NCBI GenBank assembly: GCA_963772865.1 | Contig: CAVYZA010000028.1 | Span: 10,610 to 74,609 of the forward strand | Length of the DNA: 64,000 nucleotides | Direction of reading: 5' to 3' | Origin: an uncultured beta proteobacterium | Lineage (GTDB): Bacteria; Pseudomonadota; Gammaproteobacteria; Burkholderiales; SHXO01 | Shown here: piece by piece, positions 9,017 through 20,134 of the stretch | Position numbering within the stretch: position 1 is the stretch's first letter | Layout: each line of letters opens with the position of its first letter | Made by a program: the position numbers and the translations under genes | Notes under the pieces: model-generated | Seen by the model: only the letters and a program-made list of their open reading frames with translations | Told to the model about the DNA's origin: nothing | The model's database searches: none

Positions 9017-12000
9017 CTACGTCGTGAGCGATTTGAAGTCGGGCGAGATCGCGTCGCCGTCGACGTTCACCGCGAAATGCAGCGCCGGAAGGAAGTGCGC
9101 GATCTCGCCCACCGCCTGCGCGCCCGGAATCGGATTCAGCACCGCGGTGTCCAATCCTTCAGCATCAATGGCACGCACCTGCGCCAGCCCAAGCGTATCG
9201 AGCAGCAGGCGATGCAATCCCCCGCCGGTCCACGGCTCGCCGGGCGACGAGGGCACAGCGAGCAGCATCACCTGGGGTGCACGCTGATCGGGCGCGTCGT
9301 GCTGGAACGCGATGGCGGTCGTTTCCCGTGAAGACGGTACGACTTCAACCCACTCGTCGACCAGCACGCCTGCGAGCGGCTGCGCCAGATTGAGCGCCGC
9401 ATCCGCATGCACCACGAGCGAGAGCTTGCCGGACGGCATCTCGCGCACGGGGTCGGCCGTCAAACCGATCCAGCGCTCACCATCGACGTGCGGGAGCTGG
9501 GCGACTGCGAGACGCAAAGTCGCGCCGGTGCGGGCAACCTCGGCTGCCTGCAAGCTCGCACTGAGACGCGACACCGGTTCGTGCACGCGCTGCACCCGCT
9601 GGAACCACGTATAGACGGCGAGCGGATCTCCGCCTTGCAGAGCCGTGCTGGCAGCGAGCGATTTGGTGAGCTCGGTCGCATCGGCCAGCGTGAAGCGTGG
9701 CAGTGCCAGAAAACCATCGCCGAACACGGCACGCAGCATGTCGAGCGGCGCCGCCGCGCTCTTCGAGCGTTCAACGCGAGCCTGCGCTTCCTTCGTTACC
9801 GCAGCGGCTTGGGCGAGCAACGCCTCGGCGGTCGCCGAAGGCAGCGGCGCCGACCCGGCTATACCGAAGCGGCCCAGCACCATGATCGCATTCCGTACCG
9901 GCGTCATGTCGGCCGTCTGTGGCGTTTTGAGCTTGGATGCGAGCGCAGCTGTTGCCGTGGTGAGCGCCTTCTGCGCGGCCTTGGCCCGCGTATCGAATTC
10001 GACGGCGTCGATGCGCGAGTCGAAGGATCCTTGCAGGCCCACCAGATCGCGCGCATCGAGTGATCGCATGCTCCCGAAGAGCTGCCGCGCACGCACTGCG
10101 AGCTCGGCCAGCTCCTCGAGACCCATCTCCGCGGGCAGCCAGGTCGCGTTGCGCTGACGATTGATGCGCAGCGTTTCGCCGGCCGCAAGCGGGCCGATCT
10201 TCGCCGCACCGGCTGCGAGCGCACGGGCGTCGATGTCGGGCGTCGGATCCCCCGCACGTGTGGGCGCTAGATACACAGCGTCGATCGGCTGAATGGCAAG
10301 CTCCGGTGAGGCGCAGATCGAGTGACTTGATCATGGCGCCTTGGGCGTCGAGCCGCTCCACCGCGAAGCGGATGTTCTTGAAGCTGCCCAACAGGCGTCC
10401 GGCCCAAGCGTTGAGCGTCGGCTCGGCGAGCGCGCGCGGAGAAGGCGGTGAAGCCGGTGCCGCCACGACGTTGAAAAGCGCCACGACACGATGCGTCACC
10501 GCGACACCGGTGCGCGGCGTGCGCACGACGTCGAGCTCGGGCGGCGGCGCGTCGCCGCTCGCAATGGCCTGCAACGTGGTCGCGGCGCGCAGAATGTTAC
10601 CGCGTACCGCTTGATGGGCGCATTCGGCGACCGCGGCATCGCTCAAGGCGTCGATTGCGTCATCCAGCAACGCAAGCTCCTTTTCACACCGCAACATGCG
10701 CGCGAGCTGGTCCGGTGTCGGGAAGCCGAAGCCGAGCCGCGATAATCTTTGCAGTGCCTTCGGCAGCTCGAGACCGTCCACGACATTGTTCGCGGCGATC
10801 GACTCGGCCGGCTGCGTTCCCGGCGCGTTGACCGGCCGTAGCGGAGCCATCGCCCGAAACTCGTCGATGTCCGCATCGTGCCCGAACTCGTGCAGCTTGC
10901 GTTCGAACAGGTAGCCCAGCACCGCGCCGAGCGGCTGGCCCTGGCGCACGCCGTCGAGCAGCGTCGTCGCGAGCCGCACGCGACGCGATGAGAGATCCAC
11001 CGCGAACAGATTCGGCGCATCCTCGCGCGAATGATTGATGTGCGCGTTTCGCAGAAGCGCCGCGGTCTGCGCCTGCATGATCGAAGGCGCGTGAACGAAG
11101 CCCGGATCGCCTGCCATCGCCAACACCTGACCGGTTTCGCCGGCCGGCGTCGCGACAGGCGCCTGCTTCTGTGTGGGTTTGAGATTGACCACCCAGCCGT
11201 AGCCGCCGATGCGCACGCCCGCCGGTTTTTGCGTGCGAAGGGTGGTCAGACGCCGCGACGCGAGCGACGTGATCCAAGCATCGATACGATGTGACGCAAC
11301 ATCGAGGGTGCCTTTGAGCAGCCGTTCGAGCCTGGTCGGCGTCAGACCCTGCAGGTGACTAAGTGCGGCACGCAGTTCCCCGAGCGGCTTCAACTCTGGC
11401 GTGTCGAACTTGGTGACCCCTTTCAGGAACGTGGCCGGCGGGGCGTTGTTGGTCTGACCGGTCGGACGCGTGAGGAACATGCGCCAGGTCATCGCGGCCG
11501 TCGCCGCATTCAGATTGACGAGCTCGCGTTCCCGCAGCAGCCGCGTGACCGGTGCCCCGCCAGGCTCCTTGCTCACATACCGCGCGGCCGCAGCGGCATA
11601 CTCGAGCTGCACGGAGTGACGCAGCAGCATGTGCAGGAGGGTCGCGGGCGCGCGGCATCGCGGGCGGCGGGGCGGTCTCCGTCGCCGGGAGCGGCGGATC
11701 TGTGAGGAGCGAGGTAATGTAGTTTGGTGAGAGCGTCGTCGCGCCATCGAGCTCCCCGGTCTGCACGAGGGGCGCGGAGATGGCCATCTGACCGTCGGAG
11801 TACGCCGCATCCTCCAACCGCGGATGCCACGCGAAGCCCAGCGCATTCAACACGGCCCGCGACACGGAATCCTGCGCCCCCAGCCAGCCGCTCGCGTTGA
11901 GGTCCTCGCCCATGAATCGGCGCAGATGCTCGATGCAGCGCGGCCCGAGTAGATAACGCAGCCGGTACGACGAGGCGACCGCATCGCTCTTCAATATCGC

Positions 12001-13427
12001 CGCGAGATCCTGTGCCGGATCGTCGCTGCGACCCACTCGCGGCACGTCGGGGACGCGCGGATGCCACAGCCGATCCGAGAGCGTCTTCAAGGTTGCGGCG
12101 AGCCAGCGTTCGCGCGCGTCCGCAATCTTCGCGGGGTCGCCGCCGAGCGGCGTCACCGGCAGCACGCCGTAGGGCTGACGGCCGACGCGCAACGTCGGCA
12201 GCGGACCGAACGCACGCACGTTCGCGATGAAGTGCTCGCGCGCCCACGCGATCGCCTCGAGCGTAAGCCCGGTGCCTTCGAGGCCGATCAGGTTCATCAA
12301 ATAGTAGCCCCACGTCGCCGGCCAGAGCGCGGTGGCCATCTGCTGCGCGTCGATCTGCTCGATGAGCGCAGCGTCCCAAAGCGTGCGTAGCGTCGCGTGC
12401 GTGACGGTTGCGTCGAAGCCGAATGCTCGGGCGAGTACATCGGCGTTGCTGCCGCTCGGTACGGCGGGCGCGCGACACTCGATCCCGAAGCTGCGCACGT
12501 GCATCGCATCCTGCGACGACCAACCGGACGGCGCTTCGGCGCTGTTGTTGGTCGGCGTGCCGACCCGCAGGAAGCCGAGACCATCGGTGTAGTGATGCGC
12601 GTCGAGCAACGAGGCGATTGCAGCCGACGCCGCGGCAGGATCGAGTGACGACACACCGAAGACAACGAGCGCATCGATGCCTTGCTGCGCAATCGCCGTC
12701 GGCACGCTTCAGCCGCAACGCCATGCCGTGCTTCTCGGCGTCCTCGAAGTCGACCATCCAGCGCATGCCTTCATCGAGTGCGAGGTTGGTCGTCCGTCGC
12801 CGCAGCAGTGTCGTTTGGATTCGGCCCGACCGCGGGTTCGCGATCGACCGGTGCGCCAAGTGCAGACGCAACCAGCGCGCCGCGCGCAGTCGCGACGGCG
12901 ATCCAGCGTTGCGGCATCGCTCGGGCAAGCGGCGCGCGCTGCCAGGTTCCGCCGGTCGGATCCTTGAGCATCGCGGCAGGGCTGAGCTTCGGCTCAACCG
13001 GCAAGGGCTGGTCGGCCGGGATCGGCGCGGATGGCCAGTCGCCGACATTGGTCGGACTCAACGCGCGCGCAATCCACGCCGCGCGCTGCGCATCGAACCG
13101 ATCGCACAGCTGCTGCCACGCAAGCCGTTCGCCGGCTTCATCGCGGCCTGCGCGCCAGATCTGCTGCCAGAAATGCTGGCCCCATAGAAACTCGTCCTGC
13201 GACAAGCCCGGTTCGTGCGAATCGACGTGCACCTGATCGGGATACACGCGCACGCGCAGCTCCTGCGACGCGGCGTCGGGCAGCGGAAAGAAGCGCGTCT
13301 CCAGCCGCACCGGCAGCATGAGCAGCGGCACGTCCGACGCGGCGAGGGTCGCGGCCAGCTCGGGTGGCAGTGCAGGCGCGGCGAACGAGAGCAGGTCACC
13401 GGGCGGAGGAAGCAGTCGTGCGGCCAT
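9017..13427 (-). CDS. Operon gene 4: uncharacterised giant protein (~1470 aa); at least 4 apparent frameshifts
   Basis: Assembled from track ORFs 12771..14753 (C-terminal part of that track ORF: MAARLLPPPGDLLSF...LPVRLETRFFPL...VRVYPDQVHVDSHEPGLSQDEFLWGQHFW), 11573..13048 (LALDEGMRWMVDFEDAEKHGMALRLK) and 11359..12705 (GIDALVVFGVSS...GLGFLRVGTPTNNSAEAPSGW...GRQPYGVLPVTPL). Also from 9771..11846 (LDVASHRIDAWITSLASRRLTTLR...GGYGWVVNL...GQPLGAVLGYLFERKLHE) and 9017..10276. The ATG at 13427 lies 2 nt after the stop of the upstream gene. Confidence 0.6.
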
Positions 13428-13429
13428 GG

Positions 13430-16400
13430 CTATTTGGTCTTCGGCTTGATAGTCGGCTGGGTAGCCGGCCTGATGCTCGGCCTGGTAATTCCCCCGCTCG
13501 GCGGCTTGGTAGCCGGTGCAGCCCGGATCAGCTCGGACGCGTGGATCGCCACGCGCACGGGTTGCTGGCGCGTGATCTGCGCCATGTGGGCGGAGTTGAA
13601 TGCCCACGTCGTTTTGGGGGGCAGCACGTGACCCGCCGGCGGCGCAGTGAGCGGGACGTGCGTGGCCGCACCGAAGTCGATCTCGACATCGAAACCGAAG
13701 CGCGGCTCGGTGGGCTGCTGCTGGATGACGAAGTACCAGCCGGGATTGCCGGTCGCGACCGCGGGGTCGAGATCGAAGCCGAAGAACGTGACGTCGGGCT
13801 GCAGCGAGCCGCGGAACAGCGGATGGATCTCGGTTCCGATGGGGCCGGGCTTGCGGCCATTGCCGACCGGTACTGCCGGCACCGCATACACGACGGCAGT
13901 CGGATAGCGGCGAAACAGGATGCTGCGTACGAGCAGCACGACTTGCTTGGCGGGGTTGCCGGCCGGCTCGGTTTTCGGTCAGCTTGTGTGTGCCCCACTC
14001 GGCGAGCGGCGCGATGTCGCCGTCGACGGGCGCATTGACCGTGCGCCAGAAACGGCGAAAGAACGTCGCGCGCGGATCGTCCACGATGAAGTCGCGCCAG
14101 AGCAGCTCGCGTCCCATCTCGACGTTCAGCCCCAGCATGAACGCTTCGATGAAGCGCTGGTTCGGCTCCAGCATCGCGACGCTGTCGATCGGCACGCGCT
14201 CGAGTCCAGGCAGCAGCCAATCCTGCGACAGCGCCGCGAGCGGTTCCGACATCGGCTGCGCGAAGACGGGCGCGCTGCCGACCGGGCCGATCGCAGGCGG
14301 CGCAGTGTCGCCCGCGAGGCGAATCGTGGCCTGCATGCGCAGCATCAGCGCCGGCGCGGGATCGAGCAGCGCCTGCACTTCGGTTCGCGCCGATGCTGCC
14401 TCGAGCACCACGTGCTTCGTGACAGGTGGGAAGAACCACGGCAGCTGGGGATTCACGAGCCCGAGATGCCGCACGGCTGCGGCGCGAAACGCCGCCGCGT
14501 CGGCGCTATCGAAGCGCGGCGGCGGTGGGGGTGGCGGCGGTGGGGGCGGCGGGGGCGGGGGCGGATCGACTGGATCGGGGAAGTCGCCCCCGTCACCGAT
14601 CGGCTGCAGACGCGTCCTGCGCACCGCCGTTCCCGCTCCACCGAGCAAGACTGTGCCGCTGATCACGCCGATCACCGGTGCCGGTTCACCCGTGACCACG
14701 AACGCCGGACGCGGCGGCATCGGAGCCGACGGTCGCGTCGTTGCCCCGCGCAAACGTCATGCTCTGAAACTGCGATGGCAGCCGGCTCGTCACCGCATCG
14801 AAGCTCACCATCCCGCGCGTGGGCGGCAGCGTGAAGATCATCACCCACGGCTGCGCCGTATACAGCCGGAACATGGACGAGATCGCCGTGCCGTCCGTGG
14901 CAGCCGGAGCCTGCATTCCCGCCAGGCGCACTGCGGTTGCCGCGCGGCGGCTGATGGCGCCCGCCGGACGTGCAAGCCGGCGCATCGCGGGCGACGTGAC
15001 GACAGTCGGCGTCGAAGACGCGACGAGCATCGAGCGCATCGTGACCGGGGCAGTGTTCGGCGGCGCGGCCATGACCAAACGCGACTGCGCGGGCGAAGCG
15101 AAGCGCCACAGCGTGTCGTCATCGTCCATGCGTTGGACGTGGCGCACGTGCAGCCGGCTCGTGATCGCGAGGCTGAGCTGCATCTGCCGCAGACGCTGAT
15201 TGACCTTCGCCATTTCGCCGGCCTGGTCCCAGGCGTCGGCCATCAGCTCTTCCTGATGCTCTTGAATCACGCGCGTGCCGAGCGCCGCGACGACGCGCTC
15301 GCGAGGATCGAGATTCAGCTCGTCGAGCCAGGTCGGCGGTTGCGCAGCGCCGACCTGATTGCGGCCCGCATAGTAGCGGCCATAGATGGGCGGTCCGAGC
15401 ACCGGTTCCGCGTTGACCTCCATTGCATTCGCGCCAGCAACATTCACGATCGATTGCAGCTTCTGCTGCCAGGTCTTCGTCGCGTCGTCTGGAAAGAGTG
15501 CACGCGGCGCTTTGACCGGCTGCAGCGCGCCTTCGAGCATGATCGGCGGGGATGACCGTCGGCGGTGTCGTCTGCGGCACGACGAAACCCGGTGCGCTGA
15601 TATCCATCGGACGCCGTCCGACGGTGTCGGCGAAATCGCGCGGCTCGAGACGAGCGACGATCGATTCGAAATCTTCGCGCGCGCCGGTGCGGAATTCCCA
15701 ATAGTAGTAAACCGGCAGCGTGACATTGCCCGGTGCATTCGGGCCGCTCTTCCATGCCGGTGTGAGCGTGGCGTCGACGTCCGGCGCCCCTCCCAATCCC
15801 GCGAGCCGTCCCGCTTCGAACGCCGGCACCACGCACGCGATGTATTCGGTGTTCTCTTTGAGCAGCCGCGGCGACAGCAGCCGCGAGACCGACAGTTGCG
15901 GATAGTTCACGAGCACGTCGCGCAGCTCGCCTTCAGTTGCGCCCACGTGCGCGCCGAGCTGCGCGTGCGCCCAGGCCCACGAGTCGACGAGAGCCGGCAG
16001 CTCCTCTGACGGCAGCGCCGGCGCTCCGATCTCGAGCACCGGCAAGAGCTCGGTGCGCGGCGGACGCAGCCGCACGCCGTCCTGCTTGCGCACGACCACG
16101 AGCACGATCCACGGACGCACGCGGCCTTGGCCATCGGCAGCGGCCGGCGTGAACAGCCACGGCAGATCGGGATTGTCGAACTCCACCGCGACGAGATCGT
16201 TCGACTCGTAGTTGTCGGTGCCGGCGGGCGGTTCCGTGCGCACGACCTGACGCGGATCGATGCCGATCACGTCGGCTGGGCCGAACAGCCGCACGCCGAC
16301 CGACGCGGCGTCGATGCTGTTCACGCCGAGCGTGACGCCGAGCGGGGCCTGCGCCGGCAGCGGCGTTTTCAGCGGATCGGGCGTCGTGATGCGCGCCGCG

Positions 16401-16447
16401 AGCCCTTGTCTCACCCACGGCAAGAACACCACGCTTGCGTCGGTCAT
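13430..16447 (-). CDS. Operon gene 3: uncharacterised ~1005-aa protein containing a 16-proline tract; at least 3 apparent frameshifts
   Basis: Assembled from track ORFs 15119..16447 (MTDASVVFLPWVRQGLAARI...FGPADVIGIDPRQVVRTEPPAGTDNYESNDLVAVEFDNPDLPWLFTPA...SWAWAHAQL) and 14686..15738 (WLDELNLDPRERVVAALGTRVIQEHQEELMADAWDQAGE). Also from 12771..14753 (N-terminal part: FVVTGEPAPVIGV...DPVDPPPPPPPPPPPPPPPPRFD...LEPNQRFIEAFMLGLNVEMGRELLWRDF) and 13430..13939 (YPTAVVYAVPAV...GWYFVIQQQPTEPRFGFD). The start ATG overlaps the upstream stop as ATGA at 16444-16447. Confidence 0.6.
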
Positions 16448-19400
16448 GCTGGCTCCTTGAGCCTAGCGAGCTCGAAGTCGTTCACGACCATGCTGCGACG
16501 CTTCAGCGCCGCACTGCTCAGCGCTTCCGAGAAGGTGACGTCGCGCTTCGCATTCGGCAGCAGCGCGAGAGCGTCGGTCACGGCCGCAAAGCGCAACGGC
16601 TCGACCTTCGCGAAAGGCTGGACAGTTACGCGCCGCTCCTCGCGACGCAGCGGACTGCGACCGGCTGCGCCGTACATCGCATGCATCTCGAGGAGCGCTC
16701 GGCTGAGCACATAGTCGACTTTCGGCGGAGGCGGCGGCACGGCAGCGTTGCGGTCGACGACGCGCGTCTCATAGTCGAGCGGCGAGGCGACACATTGATC
16801 GACGGCGAACGCAAACTGCGACGAGCCGATCCGCAGGCCTGCCTGCATCGGCTCGAACGACGGGCTCGCGATCTTCTCGTCGTCGCTCATCTCGAAGAAT
16901 TGCGCGGGCGCGAAATCGTCCTGCACGTCGCTGGTCGACTCGTTGCCGGTGCCGGTGCCGACCGCCACACGCGTGACCTGGAAGCGGCGCGCGCCGGCAA
17001 TTGGCGAATCGTTGAACTTGTCGATGTCGCGCGTGAGATTCAACGGCACGACACTCTGACGCACGGTGAGCGTGCCGAGCGGATGCACGCGCAACGTACC
17101 ATCGGCCGCGGATTCGCGCAGCGACACGATGCGCGTCTGGCCCTGCGGCAACTCCGTGGTCCAGCTCTTGGCGTCCCCAAGCGCGGCACGCAGTTGCGCG
17201 AAGGCGTCGATCGCGGCCGGCAGCGGCGGCGTCTGGCCGCTCACCAGCGTGAAGTTGACGCGGACCGTCACATCCCACCACAGGATCTCGAACGTGCACT
17301 TCGCGCGCACCGAGAGCGGCAGCGGACCTTCGAGCGCGCCCTCGACCTTCACCTTGAACAGATTGGTCGAGCCCTTCTTGAGCTGCATGCCCGCGAAGAA
17401 CTCGGCGAGGAAATGGAACGGCAGCAGCTGGATCAGCACGTCGAAGCCGACGTCGCCCGTGATGCTGAAGCCGGCCGCGGAGGCATACAGGTGCGCGTGC
17501 GCGCCGAACTGCACGGTGTTCGACGTCAGCGCAAAATACGCGTCGCACGTAAGCCGCGGGTTGTCGCCGGTCGTCAGGCTGACGGCGAGGCGCTCGACCG
17601 ATGGAAAGCCGGCCGGCGGCGTGAATCCGTGATGCATGCCGCCGACCGCGAGCGCGAAGCTGCGCGGCGAAGTCCAGCGCGCGCGCAGCGCGCCGCCGCC
17701 CGTGAGCGGGAAACGCCGCAGCAGACGCGAATCCACGAGCAGCGCATCGATCGCCGCCGTGCCTTGATCGAAATCGAAGATGCCGACCGCGTCGAGGTTC
17801 AGGCGCAGCAGATCGTTGTCCATGCGCGGCAGAATCGCGGTGATGCGGCCGAGCACGACGAAGCGGTTGCGCCCGCCAAGCTCGACGATCAGGCCGAGAT
17901 TCACCTCGATCAAGGTTGGCACGCCCCATTGGAGCTGCACCATCAGGCCGAAGAGATAGCTGCCGCGCTTCGCCGGGAACACGCGGTCGATTGCCGCGAG
18001 GATCGTCGGTGCATTCGCCACCGGATCCTTCGGGAACAGGATCGATTCGAGCGTGTGGTTCCTGAGACCTGCACGCACCGCGTCTTCGTCGACCGTGCGA
18101 TGGATCGCGATCAAGCCCCCGAGCCCGGTCAGGCGCCAGCCGAGCGGCAGCTCCCACAGCGACCCGCCCGGCTTGGCGCTTTGCGCCGTGACGAGGATGA
18201 TGAGCGAGTAGCCTTTACTGCCGTCGGGCAAGACGGGTCGCGAGCAGGCCGATCGCCTTCAGCGCGATGACGCCGGAGAGGACTGAGCTCCATCACGCCG
18301 GCGTACTGATGCTTGCCTTCGTCGTGGAATAGGAAGCCGCCGCCCTTGACGCTCTTCGCGTCGACCGCGAGGCCGATGCCTTTCGGCGGAATGAAGCCGA
18401 GATCGAGATTCGCGAAATGCAGATTCGCCTTCGAGCGGTCGTCTGGGAAATCCAGACCGAACTTCATCCCGATGCGATCGATCGTCGCGACCACGGGCCC
18501 GATCTGCGTGCTGAACGAGACGCGCGGCTTGAATCAAGCGTCTTCGGCTCGGCGCCGGCCGTGTCGCGGTCGAGATTGAGCAGCACCTTCAGCAGACGCA
18601 CCGGGCCGACGCTCTTGCCGATCGGAATCTCCAGCGGAATGCCGCTGCCTTGCAGGCCGGTTGCTACCACCGGCACATTGGGAAACTCGTTACCGGATTG
18701 CGCGCCGGTGCCGCTGCTGGCGATGTCGCGCGTGACCGCGCGCCTTTTCGCCGAGGTCTTCGGAGGATCGCCGCCGCGGGCCCCGACGAACGGCAGGTCG
18801 CCGGCGGTGAAGAATCCGTCGCGCGACGACGCGCCTACACCGAAGCTGAACTCGACGCTCGTCTGCTTCGTCGGCAGCATCGAGCCGATGAAATCGTCGA
18901 ACGACGTGCCGTCGAGCGCGAGCCGGCAATCGTAGAAAGTCAGCTGCGCGCGCGCATCGTCTGGATCGAGCGTGCCGGACAGCACGATGCGGCCGATGTC
19001 GAAGACCGTTATCACCGCCGAAGGAGAGGAAACGAAAGCGGCGCTCGCCAGGCGGCATCGGCTTCGAGGCAAGCGCAACGCCGACGTGCACTTGCGGATC
19101 GGCGTTCGGGCTGTCGATGCGGAAGTTGTCGTCCTTGCCGCCGAGCTGGATGCTGAACGGCGCGTCGAAGGTCGCGTCGGCCTGCGCGGCCCAGACACCG
19201 CCGCGATCGACGTTGAATCTGAAGGCGCTGCCGCCCAGCGAGATGAACAGCCCTTTGCCGCCGTGCTCTTCCGGCACCCACGCGAGCGAGAAGCGCAACG
19301 CGCCTTCGACCTGGATCGCGTTGCTTCTGAAACGAGTGGGGCAATGCGCGCACCTGCACTGACAGCATGCGCTGCGAGATCTCGTCCGCCGCGGGCGAGG

Positions 19401-20121
19401 CCAGCTGTTCGGGTGTGAGCGCTCCGGCCGGCTGATCGAAGCCGTAGAACATCTTGAAGTGGCCGTCGTCGAGCGGCTCGGTATCGAGCCCGATCTCGCG
19501 CTCGGAATGGCCGATGAACGCGAACACGCCCGCGAGCTGCTGGAAGGTCGAGTCCGACCACTTCCGCGCGTCGGCCTCGGTTTGCATCGCCGGACCTTTG
19601 AGCAGCGTGACCGGCGCGAGCGCAAACTTGATGAGCGCCTTCAGCGATCCGTAGAAGCGCTTGGCCGCCGTACCTTGCGGGCCGTACAGCGTCATCGGCT
19701 CGGTGCTGAAGCGCGCGAACTCCATCCACACGTACAGATGGAACCAGCGATCGCGCACGTAGTTGCTCGCGAGCAGATCGATCAGCGTCTGGAAGGTTTC
19801 TTCGGCGGTCGCTTCCGCGCCGAGATCGATGGCGTCGATCACCGAGCGAATCGACTCGTACAGCTTCCTGAGGTCCGCGATGACGCCGACCCACGCTTCC
19901 AGACCCGGATTGGGCTTGCTGACGTAGTCCTTGATGCCGCTCAACGTGAGCTTCGGAAACTCCGGGGTCTTCTTGACGTCGAGCCCCATGTCGTCGCAGA
20001 TCGCCTTGAACGCACGCTCCTCGCCGAGCTTGTCGCCCAGCCAGTCGGCGAAGTCGATGATGACGCCCCCGACTTTCTGCAGGAACGTCTTGGATTCCTT
20101 CTTTTGGGTGTCGTCGGCCAT
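16444..20121 (-). CDS. Operon gene 2: uncharacterised giant protein (~1225 aa), possibly DUF6603-like (from memory, unverified); at least 6 apparent frameshifts
   Basis: Assembled from track ORFs 19012..20121 (MADDTQKKESKTFLQKVGGVIIDFADWLGDKLGE...), 18690..19625 (IQVEGALRFSLAWVPEEHGGKGLFISLGGSAFRFNVDRGGVWAAQADATFDAPFSIQLGG) and 18464..19894 (VFDIGRIVLSGTLDPDDARAQLTFYDCRLALDG...). Also from 18129..18494 (IDRIGMKFGLDFPDD...GGGFLFHDEGKHQYAGVMEL) and 16444..18231 (GYSLIILVTAQ...LTGLGGLIAIHRTVDEDAVRAGL...SILFPKDPVANAP...TSNTVQFGAHAHLYASAAGFSITGDVGFDVLIQLLPFHF). Confidence 0.6.
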
Positions 20122-20134
20122 GAGCGGGTACGAA

